Below, one piece after another: positions 29,312 through 39,165 of a stretch of DNA of 64,000 nt (positions are counted from its first letter, which is position 1; every line of letters begins with the position of its first letter). Under the pieces are notes generated by a model. The model was not told where the DNA came from, made no database searches, and saw nothing but the letters and a program-made list of their open reading frames with translations. A program made the position numbers and the translations under genes. Source of the DNA: Candidatus Poribacteria bacterium (GTDB lineage: Bacteria > Poribacteria > WGA-4E > WGA-3G); the NCBI GenBank assembly GCA_965214095.1, contig OZ243938.1, positions 2,208,001 to 2,272,000 on the forward strand, read 5' to 3'.

Positions 29312-32300
29312 CTAAAAATCCAAACTCACACCCATCATAATCAGACGCGGAGAACTCCACGAAGCCGGATTGGAATGCTTCTGTGCAGTCAACGGAATAC
29401 CATAACGATCATACGTAACTGCATCAAGTATGTTATATAAGTTTTTCGTGTTGAAGATATTCCGAATATCCGCAAAGAAGGTATACGTCATCCCACCAAC
29501 ACGACTCCGTTTGCTAACAAGCGCATCAACATTGTAAGTCGCAGGATACCGTTTTGAGTTAATCGCCGGTTTAACCGGTGCTCTCGGATTTGGTGTGTAG
29601 GGTAAACCACTGCCATATCTACCGACAAAGTTAACAGCAGAAGTAAATGGCAATTGAATGTCTAATGTTGCGGAAACAATATGACGTTGATCCCAAGACA
29701 ACGGATGACTTTCAGTCACTTCAGGCTGCTGACGGTAGTAAAGCAGGTATCCCAGATTTCGACTGGAACCTTTACCTTTTGCCACAGAATAGGTATAACT
29801 CAGCATACCAGAAACTGGGCTCCTACCTGTCCGCCATTTACGAATTGTGAGTTCAAATCCCTGAACGCGTCCGTAAATATCATTGAAGAAATAACTATAA
29901 TCGTTGGATATATCTACATGGATACTATTGACAAGGTTTTGAATGTCTTTGGTAAATCCTGTGATGTCAACTGTTAAATCATCCGTGAATTGCTGGGCAA
30001 TTCCGACTTCATAAGCGATAGTCCTTTCAGGTTCCAAATCAGGATTACCTCGTCTACGGATTGCCCCTCGCATATCAAAATTAAGGTTTTCATACAGATC
30101 ATCACCGCGTGGTATCTGATAATAATGTCCATAAGTAAAGTGCAACTTTGCTCTTTCTGTAATCGGGAACGAAATACCAAGTCGTGGTGCGACCATGTGT
30201 TTCGTTGATGCCTCAACTGGATTATTGATAATTGGCAGCCCAACCGAATAGGTACTATCGTCTAATTTTATTGTACCATCCTCTTCGTTTAGGACAAGTG
30301 GATCTTCCGGTTCTTCGGGTGAGATACCGTCTGGATTATAAATATCATACCGCAACCCAGCATTGACAATCATGCCTTCATATTCCATCTTATCTTGTGC
30401 ATATAGACTGACAGATGTAGGTGTAACATCGTAATACTCCATATACAGGTTTGAACTTCCGTAATTCGTTGTTCCGAGATTGTAGAGATGGTTCGCTGAG
30501 AATTCAATACCGGACTGGATTTGATGATTTTCCGTAACTTGACTTGCAAAAACTCCCTTGAGAATGGATGTCGTGGAATTGCGGGTAACCCAGAAGTTGT
30601 TATCTCCAGCAACATCATAAGTTGTGTCATTATACGCATGTTGTGCGGGGTTTCTAATTCTTCCCTCTTCTTGATTCTGCTCAAAAGATTTTTCAGGATC
30701 ATACGCGTTATCTTCGAATGTTTTGTTCAACGGATCCCACAGTTTACTAGGCTGATTACTATCGTAGGAACGGTGAAATTGTCCAAACGTTAAGGTCCAA
30801 AATGTCCCTGAGTTGATATTGTGTGAAAGTTGAACGGAAAGGCTTCGACCATCTCTGTTATCCACTTCAATTGCGTTGGGTATGAAACGGAGACTTCCAC
30901 CAGCGTTGTTAAATTCACGTATGTCATAAAGTCCACTTGCAGTCAGTTTAATTTGCGGTGTCACTTCAAACTTGAGTTTGCCTTGTAGTGTGTGTCCACC
31001 GCTATTACTATTAGGCAGATAACTTTCATCTCTACGTAACTGACTGGCGAAGGAGAATGTCAACCGATTGCCTAATATCGGACCACTCAGCGCGAACTCT
31101 CCGATGCGACTCGGAGATAACCCGTATTTTTTGGTGTTGTTGAATAATCCGCTATATTGCTCCAAATCCACAATGTAACCATCTATCAGCGTAACCTGTT
31201 TTTTCTCATAGTCAATCACTGTGCCATCAGCGTCCATGAATGGTTGACGTTCCATAATGGCTTCACCCGTTTCTTCATTCACTATGGCTTCACCCGTTTC
31301 TGGATCAGTCACGGGTTGTAATGGGTTTTCGGTCCTATCCGCATATACGTTAGAACCTGGAGATATTTCTTTGAAGATGATCTGATCATCACCTTCTCGT
31401 TCAGCCAATTCACCAACTGTGACAGGGTTCCCGCGATAGGGTGTCTGATAATCGTAAGGTTCACCGATAAATATACCCCTGAAAGGTTCAAGTGCTACTG
31501 GTCGGAAACCGTTGTCTGGGTCTAACCAAGATCCGTAATAGGGGTCACCATGGTGCTGTCCCCATTGCCCTACCCGATATCTAATCCTACCAGAGAATTT
31601 ATTTGTGCCAGCTTTCGTAATAAGATTAATCACACCAGATTGTGCATCACCGTGTTCCGCATTAAAACCACCAGTGATAACCTCCATCTGTTCAAGTGCA
31701 TTTGTGCTAATCTGCAATCCCATACCTCTAAAAATTGGATCATTCACTGGAATACCATCAATCAGGTATTTAATCTCCATTGACCTACCACCGCGTATAT
31801 GTAGCGAACCAGATGAATTAAGCACAGCAACACCCGCTTGTGTTTGGAGAATGCCGTTCACGGTATCGCGCGGCATGGAGGCAATTTCGTCTGCTTCAAT
31901 AATACGCGTGGTCTGCGTCACATCCTTTTTAATCAGGGGTTTGGTCGCGGTTACTGTTACGCCTTCAAGTTCCATTACCTCTGTAGCATCTAATGCGAAG
32001 TTAATGGTAGTGGTAAGACCCGCAAATACTGTTGTTGATGCAACGGTTTTGGAAAGGTATCCTTGCAATTCAGCGCGAACATCATATCCACCCGGATCAA
32101 TATTTGTCATGACATAATAGCCAGATGCGTTTGTTGTCGTAGATGTACTTGTACCGACAATTGAAACCTTGACATTCGCTAACGGTTGCTTTGATGATTC
32201 AGCCGTGACAATACCGGAGATTTTACCGATCGTGGCAGCATCAATCTCTTGAGCACCGAAAATTACAAATAATGTGAAAATACTCAGAATGAAAAGTGCT

Positions 32301-32326
32301 GTTTTAAAGATATTATCTACTTTCAA
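29312..32326 (-). CDS. TonB-dependent receptor with N-terminal carboxypeptidase-regulatory-like domain
   Basis: GKISG.V, HIRGGR..E..YLIDG.PVNDP, ITGGFNAEHG, YAQDKMEY, PRLGISFP, GNPDL.PERT. Terminal aromatic residue F. Confidence 0.92.
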   Translation of the reverse strand: MKVDNIFKTALFILSIFTLFVIFGAQEIDAATIGKISGIVTAESSKQPLANVKVSIVGTSTSTTTNASGYYVMTNIDPGGYDVRAELQGYLSKTVASTTVFAGLTTTINFALDATEVMELEGVTVTATKPLIKKDVTQTTRIIEADEIASMPRDTVNGILQTQAGVAVLNSSGSLHIRGGRSMEIKYLIDGIPVNDPIFRGMGLQISTNALEQMEVITGGFNAEHGDAQSGVINLITKAGTNKFSGRIRYRVGQWGQHHGDPYYGSWLDPDNGFRPVALEPFRGIFIGEPYDYQTPYRGNPVTVGELAEREGDDQIIFKEISPGSNVYADRTENPLQPVTDPETGEAIVNEETGEAIMERQPFMDADGTVIDYEKKQVTLIDGYIVDLEQYSGLFNNTKKYGLSPSRIGEFALSGPILGNRLTFSFASQLRRDESYLPNSNSGGHTLQGKLKFEVTPQIKLTASGLYDIREFNNAGGSLRFIPNAIEVDNRDGRSLSVQLSHNINSGTFWTLTFGQFHRSYDSNQPSKLWDPLNKTFEDNAYDPEKSFEQNQEEGRIRNPAQHAYNDTTYDVAGDNNFWVTRNSTTSILKGVFASQVTENHQIQSGIEFSANHLYNLGTTNYGSSNLYMEYYDVTPTSVSLYAQDKMEYEGMIVNAGLRYDIYNPDGISPEEPEDPLVLNEEDGTIKLDDSTYSVGLPIINNPVEASTKHMVAPRLGISFPITERAKLHFTYGHYYQIPRGDDLYENLNFDMRGAIRRRGNPDLEPERTIAYEVGIAQQFTDDLTVDITGFTKDIQNLVNSIHVDISNDYSYFFNDIYGRVQGFELTIRKWRTGRSPVSGMLSYTYSVAKGKGSSRNLGYLLYYRQQPEVTESHPLSWDQRHIVSATLDIQLPFTSAVNFVGRYGSGLPYTPNPRAPVKPAINSKRYPATYNVDALVSKRSRVGGMTYTFFADIRNIFNTKNLYNILDAVTYDRYGIPLTAQKHSNPASWSSPRLIMMGVSLDF

Positions 32327-32358
32327 TGGACGACTCCTTTTCTTCTAAAGCACATGAC

Positions 32359-33171
32359 TTAAGTGTGCCGAAGTTGTTTATCAGACTTAGCTTCTAATAC
32401 ACTTTCAATGAATTTCAAACTTTTTAGACTACGTTCCGTATGGTATTGGATAAAACTACCAAGTATCAGTTTCAGTTCACGATGATTACGTTCGGATGCA
32501 CGAATTCTATTCAATTTACCGAACTCTGATTTCCGCAAGTTCTTTAGCAATTCACAACTTCCAGGTGCAATTGAAAATGCTGAGGTATCTCTGTGTTGAC
32601 ACATTCCACAAAGCAGTCCGCCGAGGCGAACACTGAAAAGCATAACCAACATGGAATTTTGTGAATTTGGGAGAGGGGATGGTGTCACGATTGAACCACA
32701 ATTCGCACACTGAGAAAGTTGTGGTGCATATCCTGCAAGGTCAAGGAACTTTATTTCAAAGACACGAACCAGTAACGGCACATCTTCGGTATCTGCTAAG
32801 AAAGAGTAGGTATTTCGTAAGAGTTCGAAAACTTCGGGATTAGCATCACCTTCTGAGGCAATAGCATCAACTAATTCTGCTAAATAGCAACCATAAGTTA
32901 TCCGCGTGAAATCTTCGCGGATACCATCAAAACCTTCAATTAGATCAAAACCTGTAAGACTCTGTAAGTCTTTGTTTTCGCGATAGTTAAAAAGAAGCAT
33001 GCCGTGGTTGAGTAGTTCTAAACTACCACTCAACTTGCTTTTCGGGCTCTTTACACCGTATGCCATAACTTTAACTTTCCCAAAATCGGGTGTATAGAAA
33101 GTGATGATCTTATTAGATTCTTGTAGAGTAAAGGCGCGAATTACAATCGCTTGTGTTTTTTGAACGGGCAT
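32359..33171 (-). CDS. recO: DNA repair protein RecO
   Basis: AIVIR....ESNKIITFYT...GKV...A.G. Zn finger C..CG...GG..C..C. Confidence 0.92.
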   Translation of the reverse strand: MPVQKTQAIVIRAFTLQESNKIITFYTPDFGKVKVMAYGVKSPKSKLSGSLELLNHGMLLFNYRENKDLQSLTGFDLIEGFDGIREDFTRITYGCYLAELVDAIASEGDANPEVFELLRNTYSFLADTEDVPLLVRVFEIKFLDLAGYAPQLSQCANCGSIVTPSPLPNSQNSMLVMLFSVRLGGLLCGMCQHRDTSAFSIAPGSCELLKNLRKSEFGKLNRIRASERNHRELKLILGSFIQYHTERSLKSLKFIESVLEAKSDKQLRHT

Positions 33172-33207
33172 AACTTTATGTTATCTGTGTGATATAAGGC
33201 GGGAAAA

Positions 33208-33282
<75 letters not shown>

Positions 33283-33331
33283 TTTCGCTTTAATTATACC
33301 CACCCTATTCAGCTTTGTCAAGTCTTTTAAC

Positions 33332-34606
33332 TTACTCTGAATTCTCAGTATTGCTTGCATTCTTCGGCATCAGAATTTGAATGCGATGAATCCTACGGTC
33401 GTCTGCTTCCAATATCGTAAATTCAATGCCACGGTATGTAAAAATCGCACCTGCTTCAGGAACGCGTCCCATGTGGTCAACAACAAATCCACCAATTGTA
33501 TCAATATTTTCCGAATCAAGTTCTGTCTCAAGTTTTTCGTTCAATTCAGCCAGGTTCAATCTGGCATCAACGGAATAGGTGTTTGTATCTATTTGAATGA
33601 AGGCATCCTGCTCACCTGCTTCGTCTTCGTCCTGAATTTCACCAACGATCTCTTCAATTATGTTTTCAAGTGTTATGATCCCTGCTGTACCACCGTATTC
33701 ATCTACGACTATGGAAATGTGTTGTTTATGTTCTCTCATCTCTCGGAATAGGTCAGATATCTTCTTGCTTTCTGGCGTGAAAAAGGCGGGACGACCAACT
33801 ATTAGTTCACGAAGGTTGATCGGTTTATTTTCTGCCCAACAATCCAACATATCCTTTACGTGTAAAATACCAATGATATTATCAATTGTCTCTTCATAAA
33901 TGGGGATTCGCGTATGCCTACACGCAATCGTCGTTTGTAAAACTTCATCAGCAGAAGTTCCAACTTCAAGCCATACTACATCAGTTCGCGCAACCAGAAT
34001 TTCTCTGGCAACTTTATCTGGTAAGTCTAAAATCCGAGAAATCATTTCACGGTCATCAGGTTCTAAAATATCTCGGATGTCGGCAACATTATCAAGTGTT
34101 TCTAATACTTCTGGAGAAACAAGACTATCATGTGCTGATGAAATATCACCCCCGAAGATACGCACGATGAGATTTACGAGAAAGCTCAACGGTATTAATA
34201 TAAGGAAACCGCACCAATAGACGATGCGCAAAGCACGTAATGCATGAATAGTCGTTCCGCTGGAACTATTTTGGACATAGTTCTTAGGAAATAATTCTGT
34301 GAAAACGACAAGACACAACGCAGCAAGACCACCACTCAGTATGCGATTGTTCCAAAATGTTGTAAACAAGACAACACTTCCAACTATCAGTAGAATCTTG
34401 ACCGTGATAATGGTCAACGAATAACGTCTCGGATGGCGTAAAAGCGAGGTTAGTACCTCATAACGTTTGCCACCTTCCTCTGCAAAATCAAGAATATCTG
34501 ACCTTGTTAAACGGGCAAGTAATGCTTCTGCAGCTGAAAACAACGCATTTAAAATTAACAGAATTCCTAAAAGAACTAATCTTGTAACTATATGTAGGTC
34601 ATCCAA
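33332..34606 (-). CDS. HlyC/CorC (CNNM) family transporter: DUF21 + CBS pair + CorC_HlyC
   Basis: LNALFSAAE, ELFPK, TRIPIY, VVDEYGGTAGIITLE.IIEEIVGEI.DE. Confidence 0.9.
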   Translation of the reverse strand: MDDLHIVTRLVLLGILLILNALFSAAEALLARLTRSDILDFAEEGGKRYEVLTSLLRHPRRYSLTIITVKILLIVGSVVLFTTFWNNRILSGGLAALCLVVFTELFPKNYVQNSSSGTTIHALRALRIVYWCGFLILIPLSFLVNLIVRIFGGDISSAHDSLVSPEVLETLDNVADIRDILEPDDREMISRILDLPDKVAREILVARTDVVWLEVGTSADEVLQTTIACRHTRIPIYEETIDNIIGILHVKDMLDCWAENKPINLRELIVGRPAFFTPESKKISDLFREMREHKQHISIVVDEYGGTAGIITLENIIEEIVGEIQDEDEAGEQDAFIQIDTNTYSVDARLNLAELNEKLETELDSENIDTIGGFVVDHMGRVPEAGAIFTYRGIEFTILEADDRRIHRIQILMPKNASNTENSE

Positions 34607-34656
34607 TCCTAAAATAACACCTCCGTTGTGTTTCCAATACTATCTCTATGTGATTT

Positions 34657-34759
34657 TATAGTGAATTATAAATATAAGTTGACACTTTCGACCCACGGTA
34701 GGCAAGGTTTCCTAACCTCGCCGATGCAGAGTGTTCAAGTAATTTCAAAATCTACTATA
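34657..34759. mobile_element. TATAG-type MITE containing a GTAG-REP
   Basis: TATAGTGAATT...AATCTACTATA imperfect TIRs. Internal GTAGGCAAGGTTTCCTAACCTCGCC. Confidence 0.65.
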
Positions 34760-34764
34760 TTGTC

Positions 34765-35214
34765 TTATTTCGTAGACCGCTTCAAATGAAGACGTTGTAA
34801 AATAATCTCCTGTTTTTCAAACATAACACAAGCTTCATTATAACTTTGATGGTCATATCCAAGTAAATGAAGCACACCGTGGACTGTGAGGAATGCTACC
34901 TCTTCTTCAAGTGAATGGGTTTCTTCTTTGGCTTGACGTTCTGCTGTTTCCATCGAGATGACAACATCACCAAGTATATGAGTGTTCTTGAGGTTATTAT
35001 CCTCACCTTCTTGCATAGCAAATGCCAATACATCTGTTGGGGCATCTATCTCTCTATATTCACGATTGAGTTGGGTCATGTGGGGATCGTCTGTCAATAA
35101 GATGCTAACCTCAGAATCTTCTAAATTATGTGCTATGAGCGTTTCTGACACTGCCCGTTCAACTTTTTCTATTTCAAAGGTTGTATTGCTACTGATATTA
35201 GTAATATCGGTCAA
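34765..35214 (-). CDS. ybeY: rRNA maturation RNase YbeY
   Basis: LNREYR..D.PTDVLAF, LGDVVIS, HGVLHLLGYDH. Confidence 0.95.
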   Translation of the reverse strand: MTDITNISSNTTFEIEKVERAVSETLIAHNLEDSEVSILLTDDPHMTQLNREYREIDAPTDVLAFAMQEGEDNNLKNTHILGDVVISMETAERQAKEETHSLEEEVAFLTVHGVLHLLGYDHQSYNEACVMFEKQEIILQRLHLKRSTK

Positions 35215-35219
35215 AACCT

Positions 35220-36227
35220 TTATTCCTCGGTCTTTTCTGCTTCTTCTAATATCTGTTTAGGATGTGGATGTGTTGACTGTTCATAAGCCTCAATGATACG
35301 TTGTACCAACTCATGCCGAACTACATCAACTTTAGAGAAGTATACGAATTCAATCCCTTTGATACCGTCAAGCACCTTTTGTGCGTCTGCAAGACCAGAA
35401 ACTTTATGTGTAGGCAAATCTGTTTGCGTTATGTCACCCGTTATAACGGCTTTTGAATCAAACCCGAGTCGTGTCAGGAACATCTTCATCTGTTCAATCG
35501 TAGCATTTTGTGCTTCATCAAGAACAACAAAAGAATTATTGAGTGTTCTTCCGCGCATGAATGCAATCGGTGCAACTTCAATGATATTCCGTTCAATATA
35601 TTTATCAAGTGCATCAGGTGGCATCATATCATACAACGCATCGTATAACGGTCGTAAATATGGATGTACCTTCGCTGCAATATCACCAGGCAAAAATCCA
35701 AGATGTTCCCCCGCTTCAACAGCAGGTCGAGTCAAGATGATACGACTCACCTGTCCGTTTTTAAGGGCAGAAACAGCCATCGCCATAGCAAGATATGTTT
35801 TGCCTGTCCCCGCCGGACCGATGCCAAAGACAAGATCATTGTGTTTGATCGCTTCAACATACCGTTTTTGCCCGGCTGTTTTCGGACGGATGACACCACG
35901 TTTCGAAAACACAGGTATGGATTCTGCTGGACTATGATTATCAATGGTGGATACATCTGCTTCCGATGCCCGAATCTCATAGTTAACATCGGTTGCCTGG
36001 ATACGTTCACCTTTTCGGATACGGTGAAGTAACGATTCCAACACTGCCACAACTTTATTGACCTTTTTTTGGTTTTCACCAAGGACAGCGATACTATCGC
36101 TTTTCAAAACAACGCGCACCTCAAAATCTTCTTCAATCATTTTTAGGAAGGCATCACTTTGACCAAAGAGAGCTTGTACCTCAGCGTTGTTCTGTATAGG
36201 AACACCCTTGAATGTTTGTTTTTCCAA
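35220..36227 (-). CDS. phoH: PhoH-like ATPase (PhoH/YbeZ)
   Basis: GPAGTGKT, LTRPAVEAGE.LGFLPG, MRGRTL, DEAQN, GDITQ.DLP. TTG start with GGAGG RBS. Confidence 0.93.
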   Translation of the reverse strand: MEKQTFKGVPIQNNAEVQALFGQSDAFLKMIEEDFEVRVVLKSDSIAVLGENQKKVNKVVAVLESLLHRIRKGERIQATDVNYEIRASEADVSTIDNHSPAESIPVFSKRGVIRPKTAGQKRYVEAIKHNDLVFGIGPAGTGKTYLAMAMAVSALKNGQVSRIILTRPAVEAGEHLGFLPGDIAAKVHPYLRPLYDALYDMMPPDALDKYIERNIIEVAPIAFMRGRTLNNSFVVLDEAQNATIEQMKMFLTRLGFDSKAVITGDITQTDLPTHKVSGLADAQKVLDGIKGIEFVYFSKVDVVRHELVQRIIEAYEQSTHPHPKQILEEAEKTEE

Positions 36228-36462
36228 TCGGGTTTAAATCCTCCAAGAAGGTTATGTGTTAAACTTAACACGGTTTTGTAGAAAGAATCAAACGAAAATA
36301 TACAACAAGACATATAACCGAATCCAACGATATTCTCTGGGATTGGTTCAGTTTTCCTATTATATAATAACGTTAAACAAAATTCAAGCAGATTATCGCA
36401 ACCGTTCGTAAATCTTGATTTCACGAATTTTAGACCCTATTATGTTGCCGATTATCTTGGAA

Positions 36463-37116
36463 TCACAATTTCTCACGTGCATAGAATTTTACCTCCCTGA
36501 TTGAAGCACCTTTTAACGGAATCTGAATACGAGATGCCTTATTTTTTTCCGTTATTCTATTCTTACCACCAAAAGGACTTTTTTCATCTTTCACTCGGAC
36601 AGTATTCTGTTTATCTTGAATACCATCAGCAGTCAAACGTAAGTAAAGGATTTCTCGATTAATCTGAATCTTGACGGGTTGCTTGCTATCTATGTTGGTA
36701 TGTTGTTTATCACGCACCACTTCAAAGGATGTCTCAAACTTTGGAGGGTCATCCAAAGTTGTCACCAAGGCTAACTTTGGGATACGAGATTCTGGATATA
36801 TCTCAATATACGTTATATAAGTCGGAGAATCTAATTTTATCACGGCTTCTGTTCTAAAACCGCCCTTAATACTTGTAACATATTTCAATTCACTCGAATT
36901 ATTCCCGCGTGGTGTCAAACCTCCTTGTACCTCGTAGCCTTTCTCAACATGACCATTAAGCGCGAATGTGCTTACAGTTTCTAAATTTCCATCTACAAGT
37001 TTAGGATTAGTTGGACTTGTAAGTCGTGACGGATCTAACTCAATAGTGGGTTGGTTTAGGACAGCACACCCTAAAACACCAATAAGCAGAATGGACAAAA
37101 TGCCTAAGTTTCTCAT
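36463..37116 (-). CDS. Hypothetical lipoprotein
   Basis: AAGGAG RBS. Leader MRNLGILSILLIGVLGC. LVDGNLET...IREVKFY resembles a discoidin-like fold. Confidence 0.65.
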   Translation of the reverse strand: MRNLGILSILLIGVLGCAVLNQPTIELDPSRLTSPTNPKLVDGNLETVSTFALNGHVEKGYEVQGGLTPRGNNSSELKYVTSIKGGFRTEAVIKLDSPTYITYIEIYPESRIPKLALVTTLDDPPKFETSFEVVRDKQHTNIDSKQPVKIQINREILYLRLTADGIQDKQNTVRVKDEKSPFGGKNRITEKNKASRIQIPLKGASIREVKFYAREKL

Positions 37117-37138
37117 CGATCTTCTCCTTTTGATATGT

Positions 37139-37228
37139 AATACCATTTGTAATTTATTAGTTGTAATTAAACGAATGACCCGTTTGTAGTTGCGCAATTT
37201 ATTGCGCCTCATTATTCAGATTAGGTAC
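37139..37228. mobile_element. Degenerate TATACC-type MITE with GTAG-REP overlapping the 3' end of the Ldh-2 gene
   Basis: AATACCATTTGTAAT left end. GTAGTTGCGCAATTTATTGCGC at 37186-37207. Degenerate right end TTCAGATTAGGTAC. Confidence 0.5.
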
Positions 37229-38260
37229 ATCAACACCATATCGTTCAGCTGCTTCCACAAGCCGATCCCACGTTGGATCTTCTATTGGTATCCCTTCCAT
37301 TATCCTTTTTTCACGGCTACGTTCTTCAAATTCACCTGGAACATAAATTTCATCAACACCGGGCATCTTTGCGGATGATTTTACCCACTCTACAAGATGT
37401 TCAATTTCTTGTTCATAGTCAACTAAATCAATAAAATCCTCAATTTTAATTGCAAACATCACGATTCCACTTGCACCACGTGTAGGTTGTTCACGACTAC
37501 AACCTGCCCAAGAAAGTCCACCTGCTATTGCATCTATCATCACCCCGAGACCAAAACCCTTGTGTCCGAACTGGAAACCACCCAACGGCATAACTGCAGT
37601 ATCCGCTCCGCGTTCACGAAATGCATCTGGATCAGTCAAAGGATTACCCTCGGAATCAATCATCCAACCTTCTGGAATCGGTTCACCGCGCGCAATCTTT
37701 ACAAGGAACTTCCCACCTGCCACCACGCTCAACGTCATATCAAGTAGAAGCGGTTCTCCATTTGCACGAGGCACTGATATCGCAATCGGATTCGGTGGAA
37801 GTCTACGGGAAGTACCACCGTGCGGGTGCATGAACCTACCACCGCCATTGAGCAATACGATACCTATCATCCCAGCACGTGCAGCAATCGGTGGATATTC
37901 ACCCATACGCCCAGCATGTCCACATCGATGTAGACCGACTGCACCGATAGTACATGCCTTCGCTTTTTCTACTGCCATCTCCATTGCTTTCCGCGCTGCA
38001 ACCATACCAAGTGCCCCATTGACATTGATAACTGTCGCTGCCCCGCTCTCTCTGACAATCTCCATCTTATCTGCTGATGGACCACCTGTCATCCCACCAA
38101 TGTAATTCGGGGCATTGATGACTCCGTGTGAATCATGACCTGCCAGATTAGAATCAACCACGTGGTCGCTAACAATACGGGCATCTTCCTCAGTGCCACC
38201 TGCACCACGATAAATTTCGTATACAAACTTCCTCAATACAACATGAGATACAATCGGCAT
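37199..38260 (-). CDS. Ldh-2 family (malate/L-lactate/L-sulfolactate-type) oxidoreductase
   Basis: GHDSHG, H.GRMG.Y, NPIA, LDMT.S, HKGFGL, YVPGE.E. Confidence 0.9.
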   Translation of the reverse strand: MPIVSHVVLRKFVYEIYRGAGGTEEDARIVSDHVVDSNLAGHDSHGVINAPNYIGGMTGGPSADKMEIVRESGAATVINVNGALGMVAARKAMEMAVEKAKACTIGAVGLHRCGHAGRMGEYPPIAARAGMIGIVLLNGGGRFMHPHGGTSRRLPPNPIAISVPRANGEPLLLDMTLSVVAGGKFLVKIARGEPIPEGWMIDSEGNPLTDPDAFRERGADTAVMPLGGFQFGHKGFGLGVMIDAIAGGLSWAGCSREQPTRGASGIVMFAIKIEDFIDLVDYEQEIEHLVEWVKSSAKMPGVDEIYVPGEFEERSREKRIMEGIPIEDPTWDRLVEAAERYGVDVPNLNNEAQ

Positions 38261-38335
38261 GAAAGCCTCCTTAAACAAAAACAATTTCTTATTTCAAAAT
38301 AATAAATATAATCTGCAATGGAATAATAGCATGTA

Positions 38336-38917
38336 TTACTGGTTATCAGCAAATTCAATCTGTCTATAAACGTCCTGTAAAGACAACTCACATGCTATTG
38401 AAGTAAGAGATAGTACATTCTCAATTGATCGGAATTCGGTAGGTTTCCACAACGTTCCATGGCGCATATAGTGTTCAACGTGCACTTCGTCTTGTGAAAC
38501 AAGAATATATTCCTGCAGCGACGCAAGTTGTTGGTAATGTGAGAATTTATCTATTCGGTCATAGTCTTTTGTTGATGGTGAAAGTACTTCTATAATGATA
38601 ATGGGGTTAAGCAGTGTGTCAAAGGTATTATCTTCAAAGCGTGGTTTGTCGCACACCACAACAATATCAGGATAGAAATAGGAACTTGTAGAGGGTGCCT
38701 TCACTCGCATATCACTTGCCATGACCATACAACTACCATCCATCAATTTGTTGTTAAGGGCAGTTGACATGTTGGTTGTGATAATATTATGAGTGTAACT
38801 TGCTCCTGCCATTGCGACGATCTTACCGCGCACAAATTCACTCTTAGTAATCGCTTTGCGTTCCCGAGTGAGGTACTCCTCAGGGGAGAGTTGGGTTTGA
38901 ATTGCTACAGATGCCAT
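38336..38917 (-). CDS. Uma2 family (PD-(D/E)XK-like) endonuclease
   Basis: SPEEYL, MAGAS..H, YPD.VVVC, IEVLSPST..YDR..KF..Y. Confidence 0.92.
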   Translation of the reverse strand: MASVAIQTQLSPEEYLTRERKAITKSEFVRGKIVAMAGASYTHNIITTNMSTALNNKLMDGSCMVMASDMRVKAPSTSSYFYPDIVVVCDKPRFEDNTFDTLLNPIIIIEVLSPSTKDYDRIDKFSHYQQLASLQEYILVSQDEVHVEHYMRHGTLWKPTEFRSIENVLSLTSIACELSLQDVYRQIEFADNQ

Positions 38918-38988
38918 GGGTCTCCATTTATGTGTATGTTGTATGTTTTTTATTTAGGTTTAGTTGGCAAACGGATTGTATCAGTATC

Positions 38989-39107
38989 TATAGTAAAGTT
39001 TAGAATTAAGAAGACATTTCAATGCACTTGCCAGTACCACAAGTCCCGTAGGGGCGAGGTTTCCTTGCCCTCTGAGGCGTGTCCTATTAATTGTAAATTC
39101 CACTATA
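38989..39107. mobile_element. TATAG-type MITE containing a GTAG-REP
   Basis: TATAGTAAAGTTTAGAATTAA / TTAATTGTAAATTCCACTATA. Internal GTAGGGGCGAGGTTTCCTTGCCC (39048-39070). Confidence 0.7.
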
Positions 39108-39165
39108 ATATGATTGAAATTCCGATAGCGGTATATTTTGTAAGACACCTTTCAATAATGTTCAA

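Noticed and set aside
35293-35937. Long antisense ORFs (this one, 5659-6192, 13647-14192, 37560-38105 and many others)
   Set aside because: They are shadows of well-supported genes on the opposite strand and have no recognisable motifs.
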